A stretch of DNA of 64,000 nucleotides from Antedon mediterranea (lineage: Eukaryota > Animalia > Echinodermata). A program made the translations under genes and the position numbers. Under the pieces are notes generated by a model. The model had not been told where the DNA came from and did not search any database. It saw only the letters and a list, made by a program, of their open reading frames with translations. Below, piece by piece: positions 62,501 through 64,000 of the stretch. The number at the start of each line of letters is the position of its first letter. The stretch's first letter is position 1. The stretch is from NCBI RefSeq assembly GCF_964355755.1, contig NC_092675.1:23408912-23472911 (forward strand), written 5' to 3'.

Positions 62501-63902
62501 TGCGCATCTGTAAACTAATGAAAATATAGACCCCAAATAGACATTTGTCATTGTAGATACTACTGTATATAAACGTATCAATTTGTTGTCAAGCTAAGAC
62601 TAAGTTGATAGTGGTTTCGATACCGAAGTCTCATTTAGACTATTGCTTATTTCATGTTTTACTGTAAGATAAGATATATTACTGTACTACTGCATCAATA
62701 TTCCATGTAAAATATGTTTAAAAGTACTTCTGCAGAAGCAATTTAAAACAAATTGAATTTGCTGATCTAAAATGTTGATGATATGGTTTGTTGCTTAAGT
62801 ATTATGGCTCAACTAGGGTTCAGTAACTAACTAAGTAACTAAGTCATTTGTGCTTTAGAACTTTGCATTTTTCTAAAATAAAGAGGAAGAACTGAAAAAA
62901 TACAAAAAAGGGACGTATCAATATGTTGAGATATTTTTAACAATATTCAAAACTATATTGTGTACTACTATAACTATCGTACAAGTAATTAAGTAAGTAC
63001 AAAAGTAAAGCTTTTTCTACACTATCAGTATGATATAATATACTAATTCATGAATAATGTACCTCATTGTTACCAATATGTGTGCATTCCTCAGTCCCAT
63101 TATTTCTTTTACAATCAAATTTGTTCATTTCAACCGATAGAATGAAGTACGTGTAAATGATAACGTACAGAATATAAAAGGTAAATTGAATGGTATGAGT
63201 AAAGATCCCATAGGTTTCCCTGAAAGTAAAAGCAATTGTTTAGTAAAGTTATAAACGCATATGACCAGACTGAATTAAATGACATTATCTGCATACAATA
63301 TCTACATTCTACACAATACATTTTACATGAGACAACACACATAATTAACTCCACCAGTGTTAAACTCAAATCGCGATAAGTATTATACAGTTAATATTTC
63401 GTTAGTTGAAGGTTTGAATTAAACACAATTTTAATCGTAGTTCCAACTCCGGCTAGTTCGAACTATTACTTTAAATTCGATTCATAAATGAAGTAGTCGC
63501 AGTTTGCAGTTTGACATAGTATCATATTGGCCAATGATAGGACAGTTTATAGAGAAGCAAATATTACTTTTAGTTTTGTAATATCCTTTTTACATTTAAT
63601 GGAAAGGTTAAATAGAACTTTCCGGGCAATTCAATGGAACATTGAATAGCACAAAATTATCAAATCAGATGCAAGGGCACAATCCGCTTACCAAGACTCC
63701 AGGTACAGAGGATTTATGAGATTCGATTTCATGTTTTTACTAATTATACGATATGTGTTGAATTGGTTTGGGATATTTTGAATTTGTTATACTGAAAACA
63801 TGAACAAATTTACAGTACTAATAATTCTCACCACTTCAAATTTAAATACTTCTCACAAACTTGATGACCAAGAAGTTCAGTTCTTGTGAACTTAATCATT
63901 GT
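59516..63902 (-). CDS. TRPA-subfamily (TRPA1-like) cation channel, 3' part: pre-S1, S1-S6, TRP-like helix, short C-terminus (9 exons)
   Basis: Exons 63832-63902, 63063-63219, 62425-62514, 61934-62109, 61320-61449, 60870-61067, 60371-60553, 60118-60251, 59516-59582 splice in phase with AG/GT. Motifs RTELLGHQVCEKYLNLKWETYG, WQWEFG...GW, MMIGEIDF, LMNLMIGLAVGDI and VYPN are TRPA1 hallmarks. Orthology to TRPA1 itself is uncertain. Confidence 0.9.
60118..60251 (-). CDS. TRPA-like exon (C-terminal)
   Basis: tttttag|ATA ATT ACA TGG ... GAA AA|gtacgt; open and in phase. Confidence 0.75.
60371..60553 (-). CDS. TRPA-like exon (end of S6, TRP-like helix)
   Basis: tttttag|ATT GGT TTA ... GCA AAG|gtaaac; IGLAVGDIEKIGKMA...LTVYPNRK. 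Confidence 0.9.
60870..61067 (-). CDS. TRPA-like exon (pore, S6)
   Basis: atacag|GAA GAT ... TTG ATG|gtaagt; DMMIGEIDFINSF...ITMTIALMNLM. Confidence 0.92.
61320..61449 (-). CDS. TRPA-like exon (S4-S5 linker, S5)
   Basis: tttcag|A ACT TCT ... TCC GAT|gtacgt; TSPFGILIMMFYEVLVSMLKIITVFSLQLFGLAVCFHALL. Confidence 0.9.
61934..62109 (-). CDS. TRPA-like exon (S3-S4)
   Basis: tttgtag|GGT AAT ... AAA AG|gtaatt; ...IFAGPLL...HWQWEFGILGLFLGWTNTMQLLKR. Confidence 0.88.
62425..62514 (-). CDS. TRPA-like exon (S2)
   Basis: ttttcattag|TTT ACA GAT ... TCT TGG|gtaagt; FTDAQFGSLICLMIYSSVSFLVQIKILLSW (a different frame from the ORF track). Confidence 0.8.
63063..63219 (-). CDS. TRPA-like exon (S1)
   Basis: tttcag|G GAA ACC TAT ... 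AAT GAG|gtacat; ETYGIFTHTIQFTFYILYVIIYTYFILSV... Confidence 0.87.
63832..63902 (-). CDS. TRPA-like exon (pre-S1)
   Basis: tttcatag|ACA ATG ... AAG TG|gtgaga; TMIKFTRTELLGHQVCEKYLNLKW. Confidence 0.9.
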
Positions 63903-64000
63903 CTATGAAAAAAGTATTATTAGTTAGGATTTGGATACATATACAAAAGTTATACGAAGCTAAAAATTATAAATAAATTATTTGAAGTTTTTAAGCACAA

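Noticed and set aside
62372-62581. ORF-track translation as the TRPA exon
   Set aside because: Wrong frame; phase with flanking exons supports 62425-62514 in another frame. The 63130-63369 ORF is likewise out of frame.

Overview
AT-rich animal genomic DNA, probably an invertebrate deuterostome; the miR-133 3' end ...AGCCGU resembles the echinoderm form as I recall it. The + strand carries the last 7 coding exons of mind bomb 1 (MIB1; ankyrin repeats plus three RING fingers, 48493-55763). No upstream MIB1 exon was recognised, so 1-48492 appears to be one giant intron. That intron holds, on the - strand, the muscle microRNAs miR-1 (28731-28792) and miR-133 (4252-4312), about 24 kb apart, matching the vertebrate MIB1/miR-1-2/miR-133a-1 arrangement. 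Convergent with MIB1 on the - strand is the 3' part (9 exons, 59516-63902) of a divergent TRPA-type channel that appears to lack the S2-S3 Ca2+-binding residues. The rest is introns filled with SINEs, MITEs, LINE fragments and tandem arrays, plus a young Penelope-like insertion with an inverted pLTR. Notable extras are three tiny palindromes with 7-bp TSDs resembling P-element excision footprints, hammerhead-like motifs, and a 43-bp satellite whose unit has a bulged miR-133 site on one strand and a miR-1 seed site on the other. Most short ORFs in the track look spurious.
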